From NCBI GenBank assembly GCA_963752285.1, contig CAVVXN010000002.1, positions 32,001-96,000 on the forward strand: a stretch of 64,000 bases of DNA. Reading direction: 5' to 3'. Of this stretch, positions 54,410-63,200 are shown piece by piece (the first letter of the stretch is position 1; each line of letters begins with the position of its first letter). This stretch comes from an uncultured Planctomycetota bacterium (lineage in GTDB: Bacteria; Planctomycetota; PLA2; JAEUHO01). The notes below the pieces were generated by a model. That model did no database searches. It was not told where the DNA came from and worked only from the letters and a program-made list of their open reading frames with translations. The translations under genes were made by a program, and so were the position numbers.

Positions 54410-54737
54410 GGTCTACCGGCCGCGGCACCCGGAGCGCACGCCCCTCTACCGGGTGATCGAGGCGCGCTTCGAGGAGTACCGGCGCGTGTATGCCGACCGC
54501 TTCGAGCCCGAGGCCGGGCCCTGGCGAACGGAGGTGGAGGAGGCGGTGCACGCGTTCCTGGACTGAGGGCGGCTCCACGGGGGTTTCGCCCGGATCCGGT
54601 GCCCGAGGTGCGGAGCCGAGCACCTGCTGGCCTTCTCGTGCCGGACGCGCAACCTCTGTCCGTCGTGCCAGTCCAAGCGGTCGGCCCTCTTCGGGGAGTG
54701 GCTGGTGGATGCGGTGCTGCTCGACGTGCCTCACCGC
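54410..54737 (+). pseudogene. IS91-family (HUH/Y2) transposase zinc-binding domain fragment
   Basis: YRPRHPERTPLY...FLD*G...GFARIRCPRCGAEHLLAFSCRTRNLCPSCQSKR...VPHR. TGA replaces the expected Cys, and the fragment is truncated exactly at the duplication start. Confidence 0.85.
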
Positions 54738-55023
54738 CCTGGGGCGGCCGGAGGGGGGCCCGGGCGGGGCGCCGTCACTCGGCGTGCGCCCCGCCTCGGG
54801 TCCCTCGGCCGTCGGTTCGGCCGCCACACGCGAGCCGCCATGCGTCGTTCAGCGAACGGTCGCTCTGCGTCGGCCAAGTACCCGCCTCCGGCTCGAAACG
54901 GTGGCCCGTCCTGGACTCGACCGAAGGGCCGCCAAGACCGGCAAAACGGGTCGGGAGTCGATGTTCGCGCATGGCCGCGTGCGCGGCCGGTTGCCGTCCG
55001 CGTGTCACACGCGGTCGAGCGTG

Positions 55024-56014
55024 CTACGCGAGCTTGCGCCGGCGGCGGCGCCGCACCGCGAGCCCCCCCAGCGCCAGGCCGGTGAGGGCGAGGGTGGCAG
55101 GCTCGGGGACGGGGACGGGAGAACCCAGGAGCGCGTACCCGGTGAAACCGCCGGCAGCGAGGGCGGTGTAGCCCGTGCCGGTGGGAGCGTTGCTGACCTG
55201 GCCGTAGCCGTCATAGCCCCACGCGAGGATGCTGCCGTCGGCGGCCAGGGCGTACCCGTTGTAGCAGCCGCCGGCGATGGCGGTGTAGCCCGTGCCGGTG
55301 GGAGCGTTGCTGACCTGGCCGTAGTAGTCATAGCCCCACGCGACGATGCTGCCGTCGGCGGCCAGGGCGTACCCGTTGTAGTAGCCGCCGGCGATGGCGG
55401 TGTAGCCCGTGCCGGTGGGAGCGTTGCTGACCTCGCCGTAGAAGTCATAGCCCCACGCGACGATGCTGCCGTCGGCGGCCAGGGCGTACCCGTTGTAGTC
55501 GCCGCCGGCGATGGCGGTGTAGCCCGTGCCGGTGGGAGCGTTGCTGACCTGGCCGTAGCCGTCATAGCCCCACGCGAGGATGCTGCCGTCGGCGGCCAGG
55601 GCGTACCCGTTGTAGCCGCCGCCGGCGAGGGCGGTGTAGCCCGTGCCGGTGGGAGCGTTGCTGACCTGGCCGTAGCGTCAGTAGCCCCACGCGAGGATGC
55701 TGCCGTCGGCGGCCAGGGCGTACCCGGTGTAGTTGCCGCCGGCGATGGCGGTGTAGCCCGTGCCGGTGGGAGCGTTGCTGACCTGGCCTTGGCCGTCATA
55801 GCCCCACGCGAGGATGCTGCCGTCGGCGGCCAGGGCGTACCCGTTGTAGGTAGCCGCCGGCGATGGCGGTGTAGCCCGTGCCGGTGGGAGCGTTGCTGAC
55901 CTCGCCGTAGGAGTCATAGCCCCACGCCGTGATGCCATCCGCCCGCGCCGGTGCCGCTAGACCGACGGCCCCCAGGACTACCACGAGCAACCCGATTCCC
56001 TTGGTCAGACGCAT
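55024..56014 (-). CDS. PEP-CTERM protein made of seven 39-aa RCC1-like repeats, copy 2 (indels near 55850 and 55680)
   Basis: Same signal peptide and tail as copy 1, with a different order of variable residues. Confidence 0.88.
55152..55929 (-). repeat. 117-bp tandem repeat array, 7 units
   Basis: WGY anchors at 55213, 55330, 55447, 55564, 55681, 55798 and 55916. Confidence 0.95.
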
Positions 56015-56149
56015 GTCCATCCTCCAGCTTCCGAAGCGGCGTCGGCCCTCCACCCTTCCGAGGTGCGGTGCCCTCCGCCTCCAAGAATCCAATGGCGGTT
56101 TCCGGCGCAAAGCGGACACGAATGGAGGGTCCTTGGTCCCAGCGCGGCG

Positions 56150-56560
56150 CGCTCGACCCCTCGCCAATCGGCGCCGCGGCCGGCCGACCGCCGCGCGGGC
56201 CGCGGCAGGCGCCGCGCCCTGGACCTCCACCAGGCTGCCTGGCTGGGCGCGTCGGCGTCAGTCGCCAGCGGAGCATCGAGGTCGAGCTGGGGAAGCCGCG
56301 AGCCTCGCTGCACCTGGTCCTGCGCACACTGGAGGCGCTCGGCATCGAGTTGTGGACCGAGGAGCCCCCGCCGAGTGCGTCGCACGGATCCGTACCGGGG
56401 GCCTCCGTCGATCTCGGTGGCGTCGTGGACGCGCACACGACACCCCGCGGGGGGCGGCCGTGATCTCCAAGGAACTCGTCGCCGTCCTGGGGGGGACGGA
56501 GGTCGGTCGCCTGACATGCGACCGCAACGGTCGGTCGCGGTACGCCGCCCACGGTTGCCG
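56150..56560 (+). pseudogene. Decayed hipBA-like toxin-antitoxin pair (HipB HTH plus HipA N-terminal stub)
   Basis: RRRALDLHQAA/LAGRVGVSRQ...GKPRASLHLVLRTLEALGI ends at 56463. An overlapping GTG at 56460 gives ISKELVAVLGGTEVGRLTCDRNGR, then homology is lost. Confidence 0.68.
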
Positions 56561-56643
56561 GAGGCGGGCAAAAGCGCGGACACGATCACCCATCCGTGGA
56601 GATGGGGTGTCGGTCGTCCCTGCGGCCGTAGCGCCGAATTCGC

Positions 56644-57435
56644 CTAGACGGCCTGCGCGCGGCGCCTCCGCGTGAGAAGGCCGAGGCAGCCCAGCCCCGT
56701 GACCAGCAGCAACAGCGTGGCGGGCTCCGGAACGGGGGTGGTGACCGTGAGCCGGATCCAGAGCATCTGGTCCTGTGTGGTCGTGAAATTGTCACCTGCC
56801 CACAGCCACTGGGCGGAATCGCTGATCGAGCCGAGGCCCGTGCCCCCGTTCCAGGGAGCGCTGTTCTTCCCGCCGTAGCTCGTCACGTCGCTCCAGGAGA
56901 TGTCGTTGAAGTCCCATCCAGTCGGCAGGCTGTTCGAGTCGAGCCAGCCGGTGGTGGGCGTCAACGTGACCCCCTCGTCGCCATCAATGCCGCCGCTCCC
57001 GTCGATGTCGTACGAGAAGACGTTGCTGTAGGCCCAGTGGCCGACGTCCCCGCTCTCGTATTCCTTTGTGACGACCGAGAGCCCGCCGCCCGAGACCTCG
57101 GCGAGGAACGCCGCCGGGTTGCCGGAGCCTGCGGCACCCTCGTCCGGATCGCTGTACGGGTCCCCCGACGTGAGGCCGTTTCGGACGAGGAAGATGAACT
57201 GGTACTCGTGACCCCACTCGAGATCGGAGATCGTGAGGCTGTCGGCGCTCCGCCAGTCCTTCGCATTCGTGAGCCCGCTCGTGGCGTGGAAGACCGGAGC
57301 GCCGCCGTCCTGGTAAGCCGCGCCGACCACGTTGTCGCCCGTGAAGTCGAAGGTGAGGGCGATCCCATCCGCGCGGGCCGAGCCGGCGCAGGCGATCCAC
57401 AGCGCGGCACCGATCAAGACACTTACAAGCCTCAT
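56644..57435 (-). CDS. PEP-CTERM protein
   Basis: Signal peptide ending ARA-D, TGDN, NPAAFLAE, ISDSAQWLW and VPEPATLLLLVTGLGCLGLLTRRRR. Confidence 0.92.
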   Translation of the reverse strand: MRLVSVLIGAALWIACAGSARADGIALTFDFTGDNVVGAAYQDGGAPVFHATSGLTNAKDWRSADSLTISDLEWGHEYQFIFLVRNGLTSGDPYSDPDEGAAGSGNPAAFLAEVSGGGLSVVTKEYESGDVGHWAYSNVFSYDIDGSGGIDGDEGVTLTPTTGWLDSNSLPTGWDFNDISWSDVTSYGGKNSAPWNGGTGLGSISDSAQWLWAGDNFTTTQDQMLWIRLTVTTPVPEPATLLLLVTGLGCLGLLTRRRRAQAV

Positions 57436-57474
57436 TCCGACCTCCTCGGGCGCGACCCTGCCGCCTCTTGAACT

Positions 57475-57501
57475 TAATGGGCGACATCGGCGATCGCTTT
57501 G
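57475..57501 (-). promoter_or_regulatory. Putative sigma-28-like promoter CAAA-N15-GCCCATTA
   Basis: Same motif and spacing, upstream of the ATG at 57435. Confidence 0.6.
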
Positions 57502-57837
57502 GGGACCGTTGCGAGCGACGCGTCCCGGCCCCCTCGGACTCTGCCACCACGCCCCCGCTTCTCGCGCCGGGGCCCGGTTGGCACCCAACTCGGCGGCCAA
57601 GCGTCTACCTCGGGCCACCTTTGTCGCTCTCGGTGGATGAGCGCTGTCGATCGCACCTCGCCTGGGCCTCCGCGCCGCTCTCCTCCGCCGTCTCAGTGCG
57701 CCACGGCGAGTCGCTGCCCACCCCCAGGGCCGCCAGGGACTGCCCGTGCCCGTTGCCGGGGCCCCCGGGTCGCCCGCGTGGGGTCGCATGCGCCCGCGCG
57801 CGAATTCCCCTCCCCTCGCCAGGTCCAGGCCGAAGAA

Positions 57838-57929
57838 CGACTCCCGACCCGTTTTTTCGGCCTACGTGCCGTGGCCGTCCTGGCGAGGACCGAAGGGCCG
57901 CCATGCTCGAGAATACGGGTCGGGAGTCG
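57838..57929. repeat. REP/REPIN-like palindromic element: perfect 15-bp inverted repeat around a 62-bp spacer
   Basis: CGACTCCCGACCCGT (57838-57852) and ACGGGTCGGGAGTCG (57915-57929). Related half copies at 51724-51786 and 54901-54963. Confidence 0.75.
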
Positions 57930-57987
57930 ATGGCTGCGTTCCGGGACAGCGCTCATGCTGCGCCCTCGAAACTCGGGGGCACGAAAC

Positions 57988-58035
57988 GAGCCCGGGCGGG
58001 GCGCGACCCTTCGGCCGGCGCCCCGCCCGGCTCGG
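57988..58035 (-). terminator. GC-rich hairpin downstream of the delta-60 repeat gene
   Basis: On the minus strand CGAGCCGGGCGGGGCGC...GCGCCCCGCCCGGGCTCG followed by TTT. Confidence 0.5.
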
Positions 58036-58044
58036 GATGGTCGG

Positions 58045-59412
58045 CTACTCGGCCGTCAGGCGGGCGACGAACCAGACCCAGTCGGTCGTCGTGTCGTCCC
58101 GCGCGGCGGTGTGGGACAGGCCGCCTACGTACGTCTCTCCCGCGGCGTCCACGAGGCAGCCGAAGGCCTGGTTGTAGGGGAGGACCTGGAGGGGGCCGGC
58201 GACGCCGTCCTGGCCGAACGTGTCGTCGAGCTCGCCCGTGTCGGTGAGCCTCACGGCGTAGGCGTCCGCGATCGTGCCGCCCGCGGCGTAGTTCCACGCG
58301 TAGCCCGCGACCACGATCTCGCCCGTGGGCGCGAGCGCGAGCGAAGCGTAGGCGTCGAAGCGATCGTAGCCGTCGATCGCGACCGCCACCTCGCCGTCGG
58401 TCCCGAAGGTGTCGTCCGCGGCCAACGTGCCCGAATCGACCGTGAACCGTCGGACGAGCATGTTGCCGCCGTTCGTCTGGGTGAGGTCCGAGACCAGGAT
58501 CCGGTCGTCGTCGTCCACCGCCACCGCGCCGGGCACCAGGCCGGCCCGCGTCAGCTCGTCGAGGGGGGATCCGTCCGCCGAGAGGAGGATCAGGCGCGAG
58601 AGCTGCGTCGTCTGCGTTCCGCCGGTGTGGGCGGCCACGACGATGCTCCCGTCCGCGAGCACGGCCAGCGCGTTTCGGTTGGCGCGGTCGTCGTTGGCCG
58701 CTCCGCCGGTCTTCTGGTTGTTGGGGTCGTAGACCCAGTAGCCGTTGGTGGCGAAGGACGTGTCCAGGGCGCCGTCGCTATCGAGGCGGGCCACGAAGAT
58801 CTCGGGGTAGCTCGCGTAGTTCTTCCCCGGCGGAGGCGCGCCCGCCTGCCCGGCGGCGAGGATCTTCCCGTCGGAGAGCACGAGGAGGGAGTTGACCCGC
58901 GCGTTGAGGGATCCCGGCACGTCGAGGTGCGCGACGCCGTCCGTCCCGAAGGACGTGTCGAGGCTGCCCGCGGCCGTGAGCCGGGCCACCGCGCCGACCG
59001 ACTTCGTCGTGACCGTCGGGTGCCTCTTCTTCCCCGTGACGGTCGTGACGTTCGCGCACCCGCCCGCGAGGATCCCGTCGCCCGACGTGACCGCCAGCGC
59101 CTGGAGATTCGCCTGGTCGGCCGAGGTGAAGACGTTCGCGACGCCGCCGCTTCCGAAGCCGAGGTCCGCCGCGCCGTTCGCGTCGAAGCGCCGAAGCTCC
59201 CAGGGGCCGTTGATCGGGGACCCGCCGCCGACCACGCCGCCGTCCGACTGCCCGACCATCTGGACCATCGGGGACAGCCACGCGAGGTCCCCCGTCATCG
59301 CGAAGCCCCCGATCCCGTAGTCCTGGTCGAGGTCACCCGCCGCCGCCCAGGCCGTCCCCGCCGCCAGCGCGAGAAAGAGGATCGCCCGGCTCCATCCCCC
59401 TCGTCCCCGCAT
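58045..59412 (-). CDS. Secreted delta-60 repeat (beta-propeller) protein
   Basis: Signal peptide and repeated (A/V)RLxxxGxLDTSFGTDG / SDGKILAAG units. Alternative start at 59463. Confidence 0.88.
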   Translation of the reverse strand: MRGRGGWSRAILFLALAAGTAWAAAGDLDQDYGIGGFAMTGDLAWLSPMVQMVGQSDGGVVGGGSPINGPWELRRFDANGAADLGFGSGGVANVFTSADQANLQALAVTSGDGILAGGCANVTTVTGKKRHPTVTTKSVGAVARLTAAGSLDTSFGTDGVAHLDVPGSLNARVNSLLVLSDGKILAAGQAGAPPPGKNYASYPEIFVARLDSDGALDTSFATNGYWVYDPNNQKTGGAANDDRANRNALAVLADGSIVVAAHTGGTQTTQLSRLILLSADGSPLDELTRAGLVPGAVAVDDDDRILVSDLTQTNGGNMLVRRFTVDSGTLAADDTFGTDGEVAVAIDGYDRFDAYASLALAPTGEIVVAGYAWNYAAGGTIADAYAVRLTDTGELDDTFGQDGVAGPLQVLPYNQAFGCLVDAAGETYVGGLSHTAARDDTTTDWVWFVARLTAE

Positions 59413-59645
59413 CCGACCCGCGCGCCTCTGGCGCCCTCCCGATCCCAGCCGTACGTCGTCCATGTCCGTGTCTCCAGAAGGGGCGGGCCGACCCCGCCCC
59501 CTCGAGATTGGCGTTTCCCGCGAAAACCCGCCGCGGCGGGTTTCGGGCCGTGTTCGCCAAGGGAAGGGAGCGGGCCCGAGGTCCCCTTGTGGAGCGTGGG
59601 GGGACAGCCCTAGCATCCGGGGCGGTTCCCGGGGAAGCGGGGGGC

Positions 59646-60248
59646 ATGGCGGCGGACGGACGTTCGGACGAGGATCTCGCAGGGCGCGCCGCCTCGGGCG
59701 ACGCCACGGCCCTCACCGCGCTCTTCGAGCGCTACCGCCCGCGCCTCTGGGCGCACGCGCGGCGGCGCCTCCCCGCGGTCCTCCGCGCGCGGCTCGCCGA
59801 GTCGGACCTCGTCCAGGAGGCGTGGCTCACCACGAGCCGCCGGCTCTCGGAGTTCGACGACCGCGGCCCCGGCTCGTTCGGCCGCTGGCTCCGCGGAATC
59901 CTCGACAACAAGCTCCGCGACCAGATCCGCCACCATCTCCAGGCCCGCCGCCGCGACGCGAGGCGCGAGCGTGCGCCGGCCGAAACGCCGCCGCCGCTTG
60001 CGGGACACGATCCGTCGCCGAGCGCGCAGGTCGCCGGACGCGAGGACCGCGAGGCGCTGCAGGACGCCCTCCGGCAGGTGCCCGATCGCCATCGCGAGAT
60101 CCTCCACCTGGTCCACCACGTCGGGCTCACGCTCGTCGAGTCCGCCGGGCGACTCGGCATCACGCCGAACGCGGCCGGCAAGCTCTACGCTCGCGCGGTC
60201 TCGAGCCTCGGCGCCGTGCTCCGAGCGCCAAGTGGACCGTCCCCGTGA
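59646..60248 (+). CDS. ECF sigma-70 factor (planctomycete kinase-associated type)
   Basis: ALFERYRPRL, SDLVQEAW, WLRGILDNKLRD and PSPSAQV motifs. Stop overlaps the kinase start (GTGA). Confidence 0.9.
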   Translation: MAADGRSDEDLAGRAASGDATALTALFERYRPRLWAHARRRLPAVLRARLAESDLVQEAWLTTSRRLSEFDDRGPGSFGRWLRGILDNKLRDQIRHHLQARRRDARRERAPAETPPPLAGHDPSPSAQVAGREDREALQDALRQVPDRHREILHLVHHVGLTLVESAGRLGITPNAAGKLYARAVSSLGAVLRAPSGPSP

Positions 60249-63200
60249 CCCCCGACGAACGCGTGGACGAGATCTTCGCCGCCTGGCGCGCGGCGTGGGA
60301 CCGCGGGGAACGGATCGAGCCGCGGCGGGTCGTGGCCGAGCACCCGGACGTGGCCGAGGCGCTCGCGCTCCGCTTCGAGGTGCTCTCCCTCCTCGATCGC
60401 GTCGTCGGGGAAGCCCTCGCGGGGTCCCCGCTCGAGGGGGCCTCGCCCGGGGGCGCGCCCCCGGCCGAGGGTCGGGTCCTCGGCGACTACCGCCTCCTCC
60501 GCGAGGTCGGCCGCGGCGGCATGGGCGTCGTGTACGAGGCGGAGCAGGTGTCCATGCGACGCCGCGTCGCCTTGAAGGTGCTCTACCCCACGGTCACGCA
60601 GAGCCCGAGGGCCATCGAGCGCTTCCGCCGGGAGGCGCAGGCGACGGGCCGCCTTCACCACACGAACATCGTCTCCGTGCACGGGATCGGCAGCGAGGCC
60701 GGCACGTGGTTCTACGCCATGGACCTCGTGGAGGGACGGCCCCTCCACCGCGTGATCGAGGACATGCGCCGCCTGGAGGGCCTCCCCGCGGACGCGCCCG
60801 AGCGCCAGGAGTCGTCGTCCGCCGGCGGGGCCTTCTCGACCTCGGCGGGGCGGCCCGAGGAGTACGCCCACGTCGCGCGCGCGTTCTGGGGCGTCGCCGA
60901 CGCCCTCGCGACCGCGCACGCCGCGGGCGTCGTCCATCGCGATCTGAAGCCCGCGAACCTCCTCCTCGACGGCACCGGCACGCTCAAGATCGTGGACTTC
61001 GGGCTGGCGCGCATCCGCGGCGAGGAGGGCGCGCTCACCGTGACCGGCGACGTCGTCGGGACGCCGGCCTACATGAGCCCGGAGCAGGCGCGGGGTCGCG
61101 AGGTGGACGCGCGTTCCGACGTCTACGCGCTCGGCGCGACGCTCTACGAGGTCCTGGCCCGCCGGCCGCCCTTCGCGGGGGACGACGTGGCGGTCGTCCT
61201 TCGGCAGGTCCTCACCCGCGATCCGCCCCCGCTTCGCCGGGTCCAGCGCCGGATCCCCCGCGACCTCGAGACGATCGTGATGCGCGCGATCGAGAAGGAG
61301 CCCGAGCGCCGCTACCCGTCGGCGAAGGACCTGGCGCACGACCTGCTCCTCTTCGCCGAGGGCGGAGCGATCAAGGCCCGCCCCATCGGGCCGCTCGCCC
61401 GGGTCTGGCGCCGGCTCCGGCGGCACAAGGGGAGGACGCTCCTCGGTGCCGCCGGTCTGGCCGCGCTCGTCGTGGCGCTCCTCTTCGCACGCCGCGCGTA
61501 CGAGGAGTCCCGATCGCGGGAGCGTCTCGAGTACGACCTCCTCGTGCGCCAGGGCGTGGCCGCGGCCTGGGGCGCCGAGCTCGACGACCAGGCCGCCACG
61601 GAGGCGCGCGACCTCTTCCGCCGGGCGCTCCCGCTCGCTCCGGAGCGGTACGACGCCGACGTGGCCCTCGCGTTCCTCGAACGGGGCGCCTCGGCGCGCC
61701 TCGCGCGCGCGAAGGCCGCCCGGGGGAAGGGCCTCTCCCCGGCCGCCGCCGGCCTCCTCGAGGCCTACGTCCATCGCCGCGAGGGAGAGGAGGCCCTGGC
61801 GAAGCCCCTCGAGACGCGCTGGCGCGGCGTCGCGGGCGGCGAGGCCTTCGGACTGCTCCTCGACGCCGAGGAACGCGCCGCGCGCGGCGACTACGACGGC
61901 GCGCTCGAGGGCTACGCGGCGCTGCTGGAGCGTGCGCCGGACCCGGCCCTCCTGGCGCTCGAGGCGCATCGGCGCCGGGCCGGGCTCGCGCTCGAGGTCG
62001 GGCGATTCGAGATGGCGCTCGAGGACCTCCATGCGCTCCGGCCCGTGGGCCACCCGAGCCCGCTCCTCCTCCTCGCCGAGGCGTGGTGCTGGCGCGGGCT
62101 CGGCCGTACGGACACCGCCGAGGAGACCTTCGCGCAGGCGCTCGACCTCGCGAAGGACGACGTGAACGGCCTCTCGGCACTCGGCCAGCGCTCGATCGTG
62201 CTCGGGGCGCACGCGTGGCTCGACCGGATCGCGAAGGCGGGAGAGGAACGGTATCCCGACCACCTCGCCCTCCTCCAGGTCCGCGCGGAGTCCTCGTCCG
62301 ACGCCGGCGACTTCGCGGGCGCCGCCGCGCTCTACGAGCGCCTGGTGGGCGCCCATCCCGACGACACCGCGCTGCGGAGTCACTGGGCGAGACTCCTCTG
62401 CCGCGTGGGTCGAGGGGACGAGGCGGCGAAGGTGGTGCACGACGTCGAGGCCCGCGAACCGACCGACGCGGCGACCTTCGTGAACCTCGCGGAGGTCTAC
62501 CGCCTCCTTCACGAACCCGACCGCGCCGTGGCCGCGGCGAAGCGGGCCGTCGCTGGCGAGGTCCCCCCGCGGGGGGCCGCCGAGCAGCTCGTCCGGGCGC
62601 TGCTCAGCGCGGGACAGAAGGACGAGGCCGAGAAGGCGGCCCTCGAGGGGATGGCCCGCGCGCCGCGGGACCCCGAGGTCTTCGTGGCCGCCGCCCAGGC
62701 CGCGGCAGAGACGGGGAACCCCGAGAACGCCGTCTCGCGGTACCGGCGCGCGCTCGCGCTCGACCCGGGGCGTCCGGACGCGGCCTACCTGCTCGGAAAG
62801 CTCCTCGCCCGCGAGAAGAAGCTCGCCGAGGCCGAGACGTACCTTCGCCAGGCGGTCGAAGCGCGGCCCGACATCGCGAGCGCGCACCAGAGCCTCGCCT
62901 TCGTGCTCCGCGACGAGAACCGGCTGAAGGAGTCGATCGACGAGTTCCGCCGTGCGGTGGCGATCGACCCCAAGAACGGCCTCGCGCTCTGCGAGATCAG
63001 CAACGAACAGAGGCAGCTCGGCGATCTCGACGGCGCCGTGCGGTCGCTTCGCGAGGCGATCGCGGTCACCCCGGACGACGTGGTCCTCCACATCAACCTC
63101 GCCGGCCTCCTGAACGACGCCGAGCACTGCGACGAGGCGGCGGCCGAGCTCGAGTCCGTGGCGAGCCGCGCCCAGGGTTTCCCCGTGTTCTTCTGGAATC

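Larger units (their letters stand above)
51561..57835 (+). repeat. Segmental duplication 51561-53846 vs 54738-57835 (first copy lacks ~0.8 kb)
   Basis: Near-identical sequence at offset 3177-3179 up to ~53216, then at offset 3989. The junction lies at a shared GTAC. Confidence 0.93.

Noticed and set aside
51975..55929. CRISPR array interpretation of the 117-bp repeats
   Set aside because: Units are contiguous with no unique spacers, are a multiple of 3, encode RCC1-like repeats between a signal peptide and a PEP-CTERM tail, and no cas genes are present.
51847..56014. Calling a diversity-generating retroelement
   Set aside because: No reverse transcriptase or template repeat is in the window, and many adenines in the repeat (AGC AAC, ACC, ACG) are invariant across all 14 units. 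Kept only as a testable alternative.
14903..57600. Sigma-54 (-24/-12) promoters for the PEP-CTERM genes
   Set aside because: No convincing TGGCAC-N5-TTGC was seen in the correct orientation upstream of these genes, and there is no PrsK/PrsR pair in the window. This was a by-eye search only.
57838..57929. Integron attC site
   Set aside because: No RYYYAAC/GTTRRRY core pair was recognised and there is no integron integrase in the window.
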